64,000 nt of DNA, taken from positions 184,185-248,184 of the forward strand of contig DASZZH010000025.1 of NCBI GenBank assembly GCA_035543335.1. Reading direction: 5' to 3'. The notes under the pieces are model-generated. The model made no database searches. It was not told the DNA's origin and was given only the letters and a program-made list of their open reading frames with translations. Origin of the DNA: Burkholderiales bacterium (lineage in GTDB: Bacteria > Pseudomonadota > Gammaproteobacteria > Burkholderiales > JAHFRG01). Below, one piece after another: positions 35,824-43,603 of the stretch; position 1 is the stretch's first letter, and every line of letters begins with the position of its first letter. The translations under genes and the position numbers were made by a program.

Positions 35824-36825
35824 TCACTTCATCTGGACAACGACCTTCCCTTTGGCCCGGCCCATCTCGAGATACGCAAGCGCCTCCTTCGCTTGATCGA
35901 ACGGAAATACCTTGTCGATCACCGGCCGAATGTTCCGCACCTTGAGAAGCTCGCCGATCTCTGCGAGTTGGCTACCGTCTGGATTCACGAGCAGGAATGA
36001 ATACTCGACGCCTCGTTTCTTGGCGAGGCGATGCATCTTATAGCTCAGCAACCACAGCGCGAACACCATGAGAAAGTTCATGCCCCGCGTCCGACCGAAC
36101 GCGGCGTCAGGTGGCCCGACGATCGAGACGACGATGCTCCCCTGCCTCAGAATCTGGAAGGATTTCTCAAGCGATTCGCCCCCGAGGGTGTCCAGGACGG
36201 CATCGTAATCCCGCAGGACATCCTCAAATTTTTGCTTCTGGTAATCGATCACCTCATCGGCTCCCAGGCTCCGCACCAGATCCACGTTGCCGGCGCTGGT
36301 CGTCGTCGCCACCTTGGCTCCGAGGTATTTCGCGAGCTGGATCGCGAACGTGCCAATGCCTCCAGCGCCTGCGGGGATGAATACCTTGTGGCCGGGCTTG
36401 ATGTGTGCACGCTCCTTAAGCGTTTGCCATGCCGTCAGTGCGACCATCGGCATGGAGGCCGCTTGCACGAAGTCCAGGTGTGCTGGTTTCAGCGCGGCGG
36501 CGTTCTCGGCTACAACCGCAAACTCAGCGAGAGCGCCCATGCGTAGCCCATGGATGCTGGCGAAGACAGCATCGCCCGGCTTGAAGCGGGTGACACTACC
36601 GCCCACCTCCACCACTACACCTGCCAAATCGCTGCCCAGCGTGGCCGGTAACTGAAACCGGAGGATGGCCTTCATTTTTCCACTCCGGATCTTGTTTTCG
36701 ACCGGGTTTAAGCCAGCAGCGTGGACCTGAATGAGAATTTCGTTCGGCTTGGGCACTGGTCGAGGAATGTCAGCAAACGCGACCTGATCCAGTCCGCCAT
36801 AACGTTTGAAGACAAGTGCTCTCAT
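35824..36825 (-). CDS. Medium-chain dehydrogenase/reductase, NADPH:quinone-oxidoreductase-like, cassette-borne
   Basis: 333 aa. GLNPVE, cofactor motif AGAGGIGTFAIQLAK, and no structural-Zn Cys cluster. Confidence 0.85.
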   Translation of the reverse strand: MRALVFKRYGGLDQVAFADIPRPVPKPNEILIQVHAAGLNPVENKIRSGKMKAILRFQLPATLGSDLAGVVVEVGGSVTRFKPGDAVFASIHGLRMGALAEFAVVAENAAALKPAHLDFVQAASMPMVALTAWQTLKERAHIKPGHKVFIPAGAGGIGTFAIQLAKYLGAKVATTTSAGNVDLVRSLGADEVIDYQKQKFEDVLRDYDAVLDTLGGESLEKSFQILRQGSIVVSIVGPPDAAFGRTRGMNFLMVFALWLLSYKMHRLAKKRGVEYSFLLVNPDGSQLAEIGELLKVRNIRPVIDKVFPFDQAKEALAYLEMGRAKGKVVVQMK

Positions 36826-36886
36826 GTTTCCCTGTGTTCGAGGTATTCGGACCTAATGGCTGCGTTCACAGCATGCGCGTAGCAGC

Positions 36887-36967
36887 GCCTAACGTCCCGC
36901 ATGAGCGGCCAAGCGAGCGGGCGAAGCCCGCTTGCGAAGGTCCGCCTCGATGCGGCGGTTAGTTGGC
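36887..36967 (-). other. attC of cassette 3
   Basis: Minus strand R'' GCCAACTAAC (36967-36958) ... R' GTTAGGC (36893-36887). R'' is exactly complementary to the cassette's own 5' end GTTAGTTGGC (37329-37320). Confidence 0.75.
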
Positions 36968-37291
36968 AGCATGCTTCTGCGGCAAGTTGCGATACCCCCA
37001 ATGACCCTCGGTCCGAGGTGCCGGAGTGCCGCGCCCACGCTGGCGGTAAACCAACACGTAGCCGACCTGAGGTTCCAAGCATAGCGCCCAAACGACTGTG
37101 TAGCCACGACGCGTGAAGTTTATCTTCAAATGACCTCGCGCCTCGAGTTCGATGAGCTTTCGTTCTGGGTCCTTGGGTTTCCGTGGAATTGGCACCATGC
37201 GAAGTCCGAGTGTTTGGACGGACTGCCGAATCCCGTCGTAGTCTGCCACTACGCGCGCGAGTTCGGTCGGTGGAAGGGCCTTCATTGGCAT
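36959..37291 (-). CDS. Hypothetical cassette protein (110 aa)
   Basis: ATG at 37291 preceded by GGAG at 8 nt. The TAA stop lies inside the attC R'' core. No family recognised. Confidence 0.5.
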   Translation of the reverse strand: MPMKALPPTELARVVADYDGIRQSVQTLGLRMVPIPRKPKDPERKLIELEARGHLKINFTRRGYTVVWALCLEPQVGYVLVYRQRGRGTPAPRTEGHWGYRNLPQKHAAN

Positions 37292-37320
37292 GTTCGTCAC
37301 TCCTAGTGGTTTTCCCAATG

Positions 37321-37418
37321 CCAACTAACGTTCCCAGCAACCGGCGCGCGCCCACCGCCCCTGGCGAAGCACGACGCTCGCGCGCGCGTCCGGGTTGGCT
37401 GGGGGGTTAGTTGTCACC
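37321..37418 (-). other. attC of cassette 2
   Basis: Minus strand R'' GGTGACAACTAAC (37418-37406) ... R' GTTAGTTGG (37329-37321). R'' is exactly complementary over 13 nt to the cassette 5' end GTTAGTTGTCACC (38116-38104). Confidence 0.8.
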
Positions 37419-37419
37419 G

Positions 37420-38100
37420 TCATTGCCCCTTGATAACCAGCATTGGTCGATGTCTTTCCTCGTCGTAGCTCACGGTGACAAGTTCCAGTGGCTCAGTGAT
37501 ATTGCGATCTGACCCAGTATCTCTCATGCGGAGGGTATGGGCGTCACAGCTCTGAACGACACAATCGCTACGCGTCCGGTAGCGCTGGTCGGCTATGTGC
37601 TCTGTGCTCCCGAGCTTGTGCTGCACACAGATGACTGTGATAGGCCCGCCACGCATGCGAAGGATTGCAGCGACTTTGTCGTTGCGACTTGCAATTAGCT
37701 CTTCAAAGAGCTCGAGAGACGCTGCTACGGACTCTGAACCGCGGCGCACAAAGGCCGGTCCCGAGAAATGCGGGCGGTTCTTGCTGTGAGCAACTACAAC
37801 CGCGAGCACGGGCTTGCCATCTACGTTCAACACCTCTGAAGCAAATGCGATGGGCGGATAACACACGCGTTCGCACTGCTCTCGGACCGTTTTTTGGAGC
37901 TTGTCCGGGTTCTCAACGCCCTGAATCTTTCCGTCGTTGTGTACACCGATAAAGAGAACCCCCGAACTGTCGGGAGGCACACTATTCGCAAATGCTGTGA
38001 TCGTCTGCCTGATCTCGGAGGCATTGACGCCGTCCGGCTTGCGCTCGACGAAGTTGTCCTCGTGATTCTTGAGCCGTCCCGTCAGAGCGTCTTGGGCCAT
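37420..38100 (-). CDS. AlbA_2 (Schlafen-like) domain protein with an unrecognised C-terminal domain, cassette-borne
   Basis: 226 aa. HEDNFVERK...ITAFANS...GVLFIGVHNDGKIQGV...FVRRGSES matches the remembered AlbA_2/PF04326 pattern (ExxxEFK, AFaN, GGxlxiGVxDdGxixG, R.gs.t). The last 90 or so residues are unassigned. Confidence 0.7.
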   Translation of the reverse strand: MAQDALTGRLKNHEDNFVERKPDGVNASEIRQTITAFANSVPPDSSGVLFIGVHNDGKIQGVENPDKLQKTVREQCERVCYPPIAFASEVLNVDGKPVLAVVVAHSKNRPHFSGPAFVRRGSESVAASLELFEELIASRNDKVAAILRMRGGPITVICVQHKLGSTEHIADQRYRTRSDCVVQSCDAHTLRMRDTGSDRNITEPLELVTVSYDEERHRPMLVIKGQ

Positions 38101-38108
38101 CTTGGTGA

Positions 38109-38169
38109 CAACTAACGTGTCCGCGTGAGACGCGCGATAGCGTCGTTCTCGACGCGGGGGTTAGCTGGC
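38109..38169 (-). other. attC of cassette 1
   Basis: Minus strand R'' GCCAGCTAAC (38169-38160, containing the ORF's TAA stop) ... R' GTTAGTTG (38116-38109). R'' is complementary to the cassette 5' end GTTAGCTGGC (38635-38626). Confidence 0.8.
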
Positions 38170-38625
38170 ACGCCAGACTTCATAGAGTGATTTCTCCCCC
38201 AAGAGCCAAACGCGACGATACGGACCGTCCTGTGCATCAAGTTGCTGCCGAAGCGACGCGAGAATCATGTCGTCCGTTGCCACAACGCGCGCGTTGGTAT
38301 AGCACAGCAATTCAAGCGGTCGGTCTGTGCGATAGGTTTTGGCCAGTTTCTTGCGTGCGATCGAGGCAGAAGGGTCTGAGATAGATAGCACGATCTCTCC
38401 GCGTCCCTTTAGAAGAGCGGATATGTTGGCAGCGAGCGTGCTTTCGCAAATCTCCGTGAGTTCGAATGCAACGGTGCCTTCACCTTCAATCATGCACGTT
38501 ATATCTGGTTCGGATTCACCCGAATGCTTGGTAACGGAGTCCGGCACAATCGACAACGCTGCCTTCCTCCGAAACTCTTCGAATACGGATAGCTCGACGG
38601 TGGATTGGCGCTCTGCTGAGTTCAT
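38161..38625 (-). CDS. Hypothetical cassette protein (154 aa), attI-proximal
   Basis: The ORF fills the first cassette exactly. The ATG starts 10 nt after the crossover G and no SD is visible. No family recognised. A weak PD...E.T nuclease-like pattern (EPDITC...AFELTE) is speculative. Confidence 0.6.
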   Translation of the reverse strand: MNSAERQSTVELSVFEEFRRKAALSIVPDSVTKHSGESEPDITCMIEGEGTVAFELTEICESTLAANISALLKGRGEIVLSISDPSASIARKKLAKTYRTDRPLELLCYTNARVVATDDMILASLRQQLDAQDGPYRRVWLLGEKSLYEVWRAS

Positions 38626-38796
38626 GCCAGCTAACTAAAAATGGGCACCAAAAGTGGTGCCTAATCTGGCGAATTCTGCCTTTTGCGGTGTCATCCTGCA
38701 AGTAATTCAATCCGTTATAGAGATTCAAGCGATAAAAAATATCGCAAAACACACCAGATGATGAGACAAGTGATTGACAATAAACACCATTCATTA
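38626..38796. other. attI region with the attI x cassette junction and the divergent promoter region
   Basis: The junction core GTTAGCTGGC (minus strand) at 38635-38626 sits between intI and the first cassette. Promoters were not confidently located. Confidence 0.5.
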
Positions 38797-39770
38797 ATGC
38801 AACCGGCAAAACCCAAGCTGCTTGATCAGGTCCGTGCCGCAATCCGCTGCCGGCATTACAGCCGCCGCACCGAAGACACTTATATCCACTGGATTAAGCG
38901 CTTCATTTTCTTCAATAACAAGCGCCACCCGGAACAGATGGGGGAGACGGAAATTACGGAGTTTTTGAACCACTTGGCCGTCGAGCGTAATGTCGCGGCC
39001 GCTACCCAGAATCAGGCGCTCTCTGCTTTGCTGTTTCTGTACCGCGATGTGCTGGAAAAAAACTCGCGTGGCTTGATCAAATACAGCATGCGAAGAAACC
39101 GGTTCGGCTTCCCACCGTGCTTTCCCCCAGCGAAGTTCAACGGCTACTCTCCGGGCTGGATGGATCAAAATGGTTGATGGCCAGCCTGCTTTATGGCTGC
39201 GGTCTGCGGCTGATGGAATGTTTGCAGTTGCGCGTCAAGGATGTGGATTTTGCCTATCGCCAGATAATCGTTCGCGATGGCAAAGGCGGGAAAGACCGCG
39301 TAACCGTGCTGCCCGAGCGTTTGCTCGAACCGCTGCGCGACCATCTCGGCAAAGTCCGGCTGCTGCATCAGCTGGATCTTGCTTCAGGGCACGGCGATGT
39401 GTATTTGCCGCATGCGCTCTCTGTAAAATACCCGCGCGCCGGCTACCAATGGGGCTGGCAGAATGTGTTTCCGTCGAAAAATCTTTCCGCCGACCCCGAA
39501 TCAGGCGTCATCCGCAGGCATCACCTTGACGAGAAATCCTTGCAACGCGCGGTAAAGCAGGCGGCTACGCGAGCAGGCATTCTCAAGCCGGTAAGCAGCC
39601 ACGTGCTGCGTCATTCATTCGCCACGCACCTGCTGCAAAATGGCTACGACATCCGAACGATACAAGAACTGCTCGGTCACTCTGATGTGAGCACTACCAT
39701 GATTTACACTCATGTGATGAATCGCGGCGGAAAGGGCGTGCAAAGTCCGATTGATGCCCTCCCGCTTTAG
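38797..39770 (+). pseudogene. intI: Integron integrase IntI, disrupted by a frameshift in an A7 run (39056-39062)
   Basis: The N-part KPKLLDQVRAAIRCRHYSRRTEDTYIHWIKRFIFF ends out of frame. The C-part is in another frame with [27 protein letters not shown] and [12 protein letters not shown]...[14 protein letters not shown]. It also carries the IntI-specific insertion [17 protein letters not shown]...[11 protein letters not shown]. Removing one A restores ...[29 protein letters not shown]. Confidence 0.85.
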
Positions 39771-39826
39771 GGCCGAGAAGGGCTTCGCGGTATAATAACA
39801 CCCCTTTGTTCCCTAACTATTAAACC

Positions 39827-41548
39827 TTGGATTTGAAATCCCATCTGGCTCAACTTTTTGCTGCGGCACTGGGCAAAATCGCGCCGTCTCAGCCAGCGTC
39901 CCTGATTCAGCTTGATCGCCCCAAGCAGGAAAGCCACGGCGATTACGCTTGCAATCTCGCATTGCTGCTGGCCAAGCCATTGCGCCGCGGCCCGCGCGAT
40001 ATCGCCGCGGCTTTACTCGCCGCGCTACCTTCATCGCCCCACGTGGAAAAAGCGGAAATCGCCGGCGCCGGCTTCATCAATTTGTTTCTCAAACCCGCCG
40101 CCAAACAGCGGGTCATACCGCATATTTTGAATAACGGGGAAGCTTACGGCAGCAGCCGTCTTGGCGCGGGTAAAAAAATCCAGGTTGAATTCGTCTCCGC
40201 CAATCCCACCGGGCCGCTGCACGTCGGCCATGGGCGCGGCGCGGCTTTTGGCGCAAGCCTGGCCAACGTGCTCAGCGCCGCCGGCTACAAAGTCTGGCGC
40301 GAGTTTTATGTCAACGACGCCGGCCGGCAGATGGATATTCTCGTCTTATCCACCTGGCTGCGTTATCTCGAGCTTGCCGGCGTCCACGTTCCTTTTCCGC
40401 AAAATGCCTATCAAGGCAACTATGTGCGCGCCATGGCCAAACAAATCTTTGACAGCCAGGGTAAGCGTTATGTGCGCGAAGCGAAAGCCTTGTTGCAAAG
40501 CGCAGTGTCAGCGGATGCCGAAGCACATCTGGACGCCTTGATCGCCCGCGCCAAAAAACTTCTGGGTGACGACTATTCTTCCATCCACCGCTTCGCCCTC
40601 ACCGAGCAATTGAACGATTGCCGCAAAGACCTGGTCGAATTCGGCGTGACCTTCGATGAATGGTTTTCCGAAAAATCGCTGTTTGACAACAACGCTGTCG
40701 CTCGCGCCGTGGCGCAGCTGGAAAAAAACGGCCATCTTTATTTAAAGGATGGCGCCCAATGGTTCAAGTCCACTCAATTCGGCGACGAAAAAGACCGCGT
40801 GATGCAGCGGGAAAACGGCGAATACACTTATTTCGCCTCCGACATCGCCTACCATTTGAATAAATTCGAGCGCGGCTTCGAGCGCGTGATCGACATCTGG
40901 GGGGCGGATCACCACGGCTATATGCCGCGCGTCAAGGGCGCGCTGCAGGCGCTGGGGCTGGATGCGGATAAACTTGTCGTCGCGCTGGTGCAGTTCGCGG
41001 TGCTCTACCGCCAGGGCAAAAAAGTCTCGATGTCCACACGCGCTGGCGAATTCGTTACCCTGCGCGAATTAAGAAACGAAGTCGGCAACGACGCCGCGCG
41101 CTTTTTTTACGTGCTGCGCAAAAGCGATCAGCACCTCGATTTCGACCTCGATCTCGCCAAATCACAAAGCAATGACAACCCGGTGTACTACGTGCAGTAC
41201 GCGCACGCCCGGATTTGCAGCGTGCTTGCGGAATGGGGCGGGGATCCGGAACCGCTGGTGCAGGCCGACACTTCGCTCCTCAGCAGCACCCACGAGCTGG
41301 CGCTGATGCAGCGGCTGATGGAATACCCCGAAACGGTGGAGGCCGCGGCAAGGGAGCTGTCGCCGCATCTCATCGCGTTTTACCTCAAGGAACTGGCGGG
41401 AGAGTTTCACAGCTATTACAATGCCACGCGGTTCCTGGTGGGCGACGCAAAACTCAAGAACGCGCGCCTGGCTCTGGTCACCGCAATCCGGCAGGTTTTG
41501 CGCAACGGGCTGACTTTGCTAGGTGTCAGCTGTCCGGAAAAAATGTAG
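39827..41548 (+). CDS. argS: Arginine--tRNA ligase
   Basis: Class I HIGH variant (SANPTGPLHVGHGRGA), MSTR (KMSKS-like) and the C-terminal DALR anticodon-binding domain. TTG start. Confidence 0.95.
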   Translation: MDLKSHLAQLFAAALGKIAPSQPASLIQLDRPKQESHGDYACNLALLLAKPLRRGPRDIAAALLAALPSSPHVEKAEIAGAGFINLFLKPAAKQRVIPHILNNGEAYGSSRLGAGKKIQVEFVSANPTGPLHVGHGRGAAFGASLANVLSAAGYKVWREFYVNDAGRQMDILVLSTWLRYLELAGVHVPFPQNAYQGNYVRAMAKQIFDSQGKRYVREAKALLQSAVSADAEAHLDALIARAKKLLGDDYSSIHRFALTEQLNDCRKDLVEFGVTFDEWFSEKSLFDNNAVARAVAQLEKNGHLYLKDGAQWFKSTQFGDEKDRVMQRENGEYTYFASDIAYHLNKFERGFERVIDIWGADHHGYMPRVKGALQALGLDADKLVVALVQFAVLYRQGKKVSMSTRAGEFVTLRELRNEVGNDAARFFYVLRKSDQHLDFDLDLAKSQSNDNPVYYVQYAHARICSVLAEWGGDPEPLVQADTSLLSSTHELALMQRLMEYPETVEAAARELSPHLIAFYLKELAGEFHSYYNATRFLVGDAKLKNARLALVTAIRQVLRNGLTLLGVSCPEKM

Positions 41549-41568
41549 GATATACGCAGGATATATAA

Positions 41569-42177
41569 ATGACTCGCGATTACAAAAAGACTTCCAGCAA
41601 ATCGAATTCGGGCAAGAGCGCGGGGCCGTTTCTCCTCGGCCTTTTCATCGGTTTGCTGCTGGGCCTGGGTATCGCGCTGGGTGTCGCCTGGTACATCAAC
41701 AAAATGCCCAGCCCGTTTGTGAGCAAGGAAAAGCCAACGGTGCTGCTCGGCGCCGAAATTAAACTCGAGCCGCCCGCTCCACTGCCCAAGCAGGAGGAAA
41801 AATCGGTCAAAGCCCCCTCAGCCAAGGACAAGCCGCGCTTTGATTTCTACAAAATCCTGCCCGGCGCCGAAGAGCCGGTGACCGACCAGGAGCTGCGGCA
41901 GGCGGCCAAACAAAAGGAACCCTCCAAAGACCTATATTTCGTCCAAGCCGGCGCGTTCCAGAATCTCACCGATGCTGACAACCTGAAAGCCAAACTCGCG
42001 TTATTGGGGGTGGAGACCGGCATCCAGAGCGCGACACTCGCCGACAAGAGCGTGTGGCACCGGGTACGCGCCGGCCCCTACAGCAAGGTCGACGAGATCA
42101 ACCGGGTGCGCACCGCTCTGAAACAAAACGGGATCGACACCAGTCTCATCAAGGTGCACGACGCTCAAGCTCGCTAG
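41569..42177 (+). CDS. SPOR-domain cell-division/peptidoglycan-binding protein
   Basis: N-terminal TM helix, a low-complexity linker, and a C-terminal SPOR domain (YFVQAGAFQNLTDADNLKAKL...WHRVRAGPY). Confidence 0.8.
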   Translation: MTRDYKKTSSKSNSGKSAGPFLLGLFIGLLLGLGIALGVAWYINKMPSPFVSKEKPTVLLGAEIKLEPPAPLPKQEEKSVKAPSAKDKPRFDFYKILPGAEEPVTDQELRQAAKQKEPSKDLYFVQAGAFQNLTDADNLKAKLALLGVETGIQSATLADKSVWHRVRAGPYSKVDEINRVRTALKQNGIDTSLIKVHDAQAR

Positions 42178-42201
42178 CCGCAAAAACCAACGGGGATGTG
42201 A

Positions 42202-42846
42202 ATGAAATTGCTTAAATACCTGCTGCTCTCATGCCTGTTGGCATTCACCGGGATGACCACCGGCGCATCCGCAGAGCCCAGGCTCGACAAGGATTACCGC
42301 CTTATCACTCCGGCGCAGCCCACCGAGACCGGCGACAAAATCGAGGTCATCGAGTTTTTTTACTACGGCTGCCCGCACTGTTTTGATCTCGAGCCCTATC
42401 TCAAAAGGTGGAAGAGCAGCATGCCCAAAGACGTCGCTTTCCGTCTCGTTCCAGTCGTGTTCCGCGATTCCTGGGTGCCGCTCACCAGGACTTTTTACAC
42501 CCTGGAAGCGCTGGGTGAGCTCGCCCGGCTGCACAATGAGGTATTCGAGGCGATTCACCTGAAAAACATCAATCTCAACAACGAGCAAACCTTGTTCGAC
42601 TGGGCGGAAAAATACGGCGTGGACCGCAAGAAATTCGCAGACGCCTACGAATCATTCGCCGTCAGGAACCGCGTGGTAAACGCGAGAACGCTCACCCTGG
42701 CTTACGGCATGGAAAACACACCTTCGCTGGTGGTGGACGGCAAATACCTCACCGGCCCCGGACTCACCGGCTCGCATGAAAGCGCCATCAAGGTGCTCGA
42801 TGAGCTGATTGCCAAGGCGCGGGAGGCGCGGGCCTCCAAGCGTTGA
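42202..42846 (+). CDS. dsbA: Thiol:disulfide interchange protein DsbA
   Basis: Signal peptide and the CPHC active site (FFYYGCPHCFDLEP). Confidence 0.9.
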   Translation: MKLLKYLLLSCLLAFTGMTTGASAEPRLDKDYRLITPAQPTETGDKIEVIEFFYYGCPHCFDLEPYLKRWKSSMPKDVAFRLVPVVFRDSWVPLTRTFYTLEALGELARLHNEVFEAIHLKNINLNNEQTLFDWAEKYGVDRKKFADAYESFAVRNRVVNARTLTLAYGMENTPSLVVDGKYLTGPGLTGSHESAIKVLDELIAKAREARASKR

Positions 42847-43601
42847 TTAAAGTTGTCATCACCGGCGCGTCGAGCGGCATCGGCGAGACGCTGGCGCGCG
42901 AATATGCCAGACGGGGCGCGATACTTGCCTTGATCGCGCGTCGCGCCGACCTCCTCGCCGGACTCAAGAACACGCTCCCCGCGACCGTCGCCACTTACGC
43001 CGCTGATGTGCGTGATGCTCAGGCGATGCAGCAAGCGGCCGGTGATTTCGTTTCGCGCTTTGGCTGTCCCGATGTGGTGATTGCCAACGCCGGAATCAGC
43101 CGCGGCACGCTCACTGAAAAAGCCGAAGATCTCGAAGCGTTTCAGAGAATCCTGGACATCAACGTGATGGGAATGGTCAAAACCTTTCAGCCCTTTCTTC
43201 CCGCCATGCGCGAAGCAGGACGGGGAACGTTGGTGGGCATTGCCAGCGTGGCCGGCTTTCGCGGCTTCCCCGGCGTGGGGGCATACTGCGCCTCCAAGTC
43301 TGCCGCGATCACCTATCTCGAAAGCCTGCGCGCGGAACTTCACGGCAGCGGTCTCTCGGTGCTCACGGTTTGTCCGGGTTACATCGCCACTGCGATGACC
43401 GCGAACAACCCTTACCCCATGCCCTTCATCATCAGCGCGGAAGCGGCGGCGAAAAAAATCATCCGCGCCATTGAGAGCCAACGCCGGTTCCTGGTCATTC
43501 CCTGGCAGATGGCGGTACTCGGGCGCCTTCTGAAAATCCTGCCGGGCGGGCTCTATGATCGGCTGTTTGCCAAAGCGCTGCGCAAGCCGCGCGATGTCTG
43601 A
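42843..43601 (+). CDS. SDR-family oxidoreductase
   Basis: ITGASSGIG, NAG and YCASKSA. Confidence 0.85.
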   Translation: MIKVVITGASSGIGETLAREYARRGAILALIARRADLLAGLKNTLPATVATYAADVRDAQAMQQAAGDFVSRFGCPDVVIANAGISRGTLTEKAEDLEAFQRILDINVMGMVKTFQPFLPAMREAGRGTLVGIASVAGFRGFPGVGAYCASKSAAITYLESLRAELHGSGLSVLTVCPGYIATAMTANNPYPMPFIISAEAAAKKIIRAIESQRRFLVIPWQMAVLGRLLKILPGGLYDRLFAKALRKPRDV

Positions 43602-43603
43602 TT

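Larger units (their letters stand above)
34213..39770. mobile_element. Chromosomal integron: intI (frameshifted), attI junction and cassette array
   Basis: An IntI-type tyrosine recombinase on the plus strand is divergent from six minus-strand ORFs. The ORFs are separated by imperfect palindromes with CTAAC...GTTAG(G/C/T) cores. R''/R' complementarity holds across the cassette ends. Confidence 0.85.

Noticed and set aside
36822-37355. A 177-aa minus-strand ORF, and the 47963-48280 plus-strand ORF, as real genes.
   Set aside because: The first ORF runs across two attC recombination sites and overlaps better-supported cassette ORFs. The second is a chimera of non-coding DNA and the detached yjbQ fragment B.
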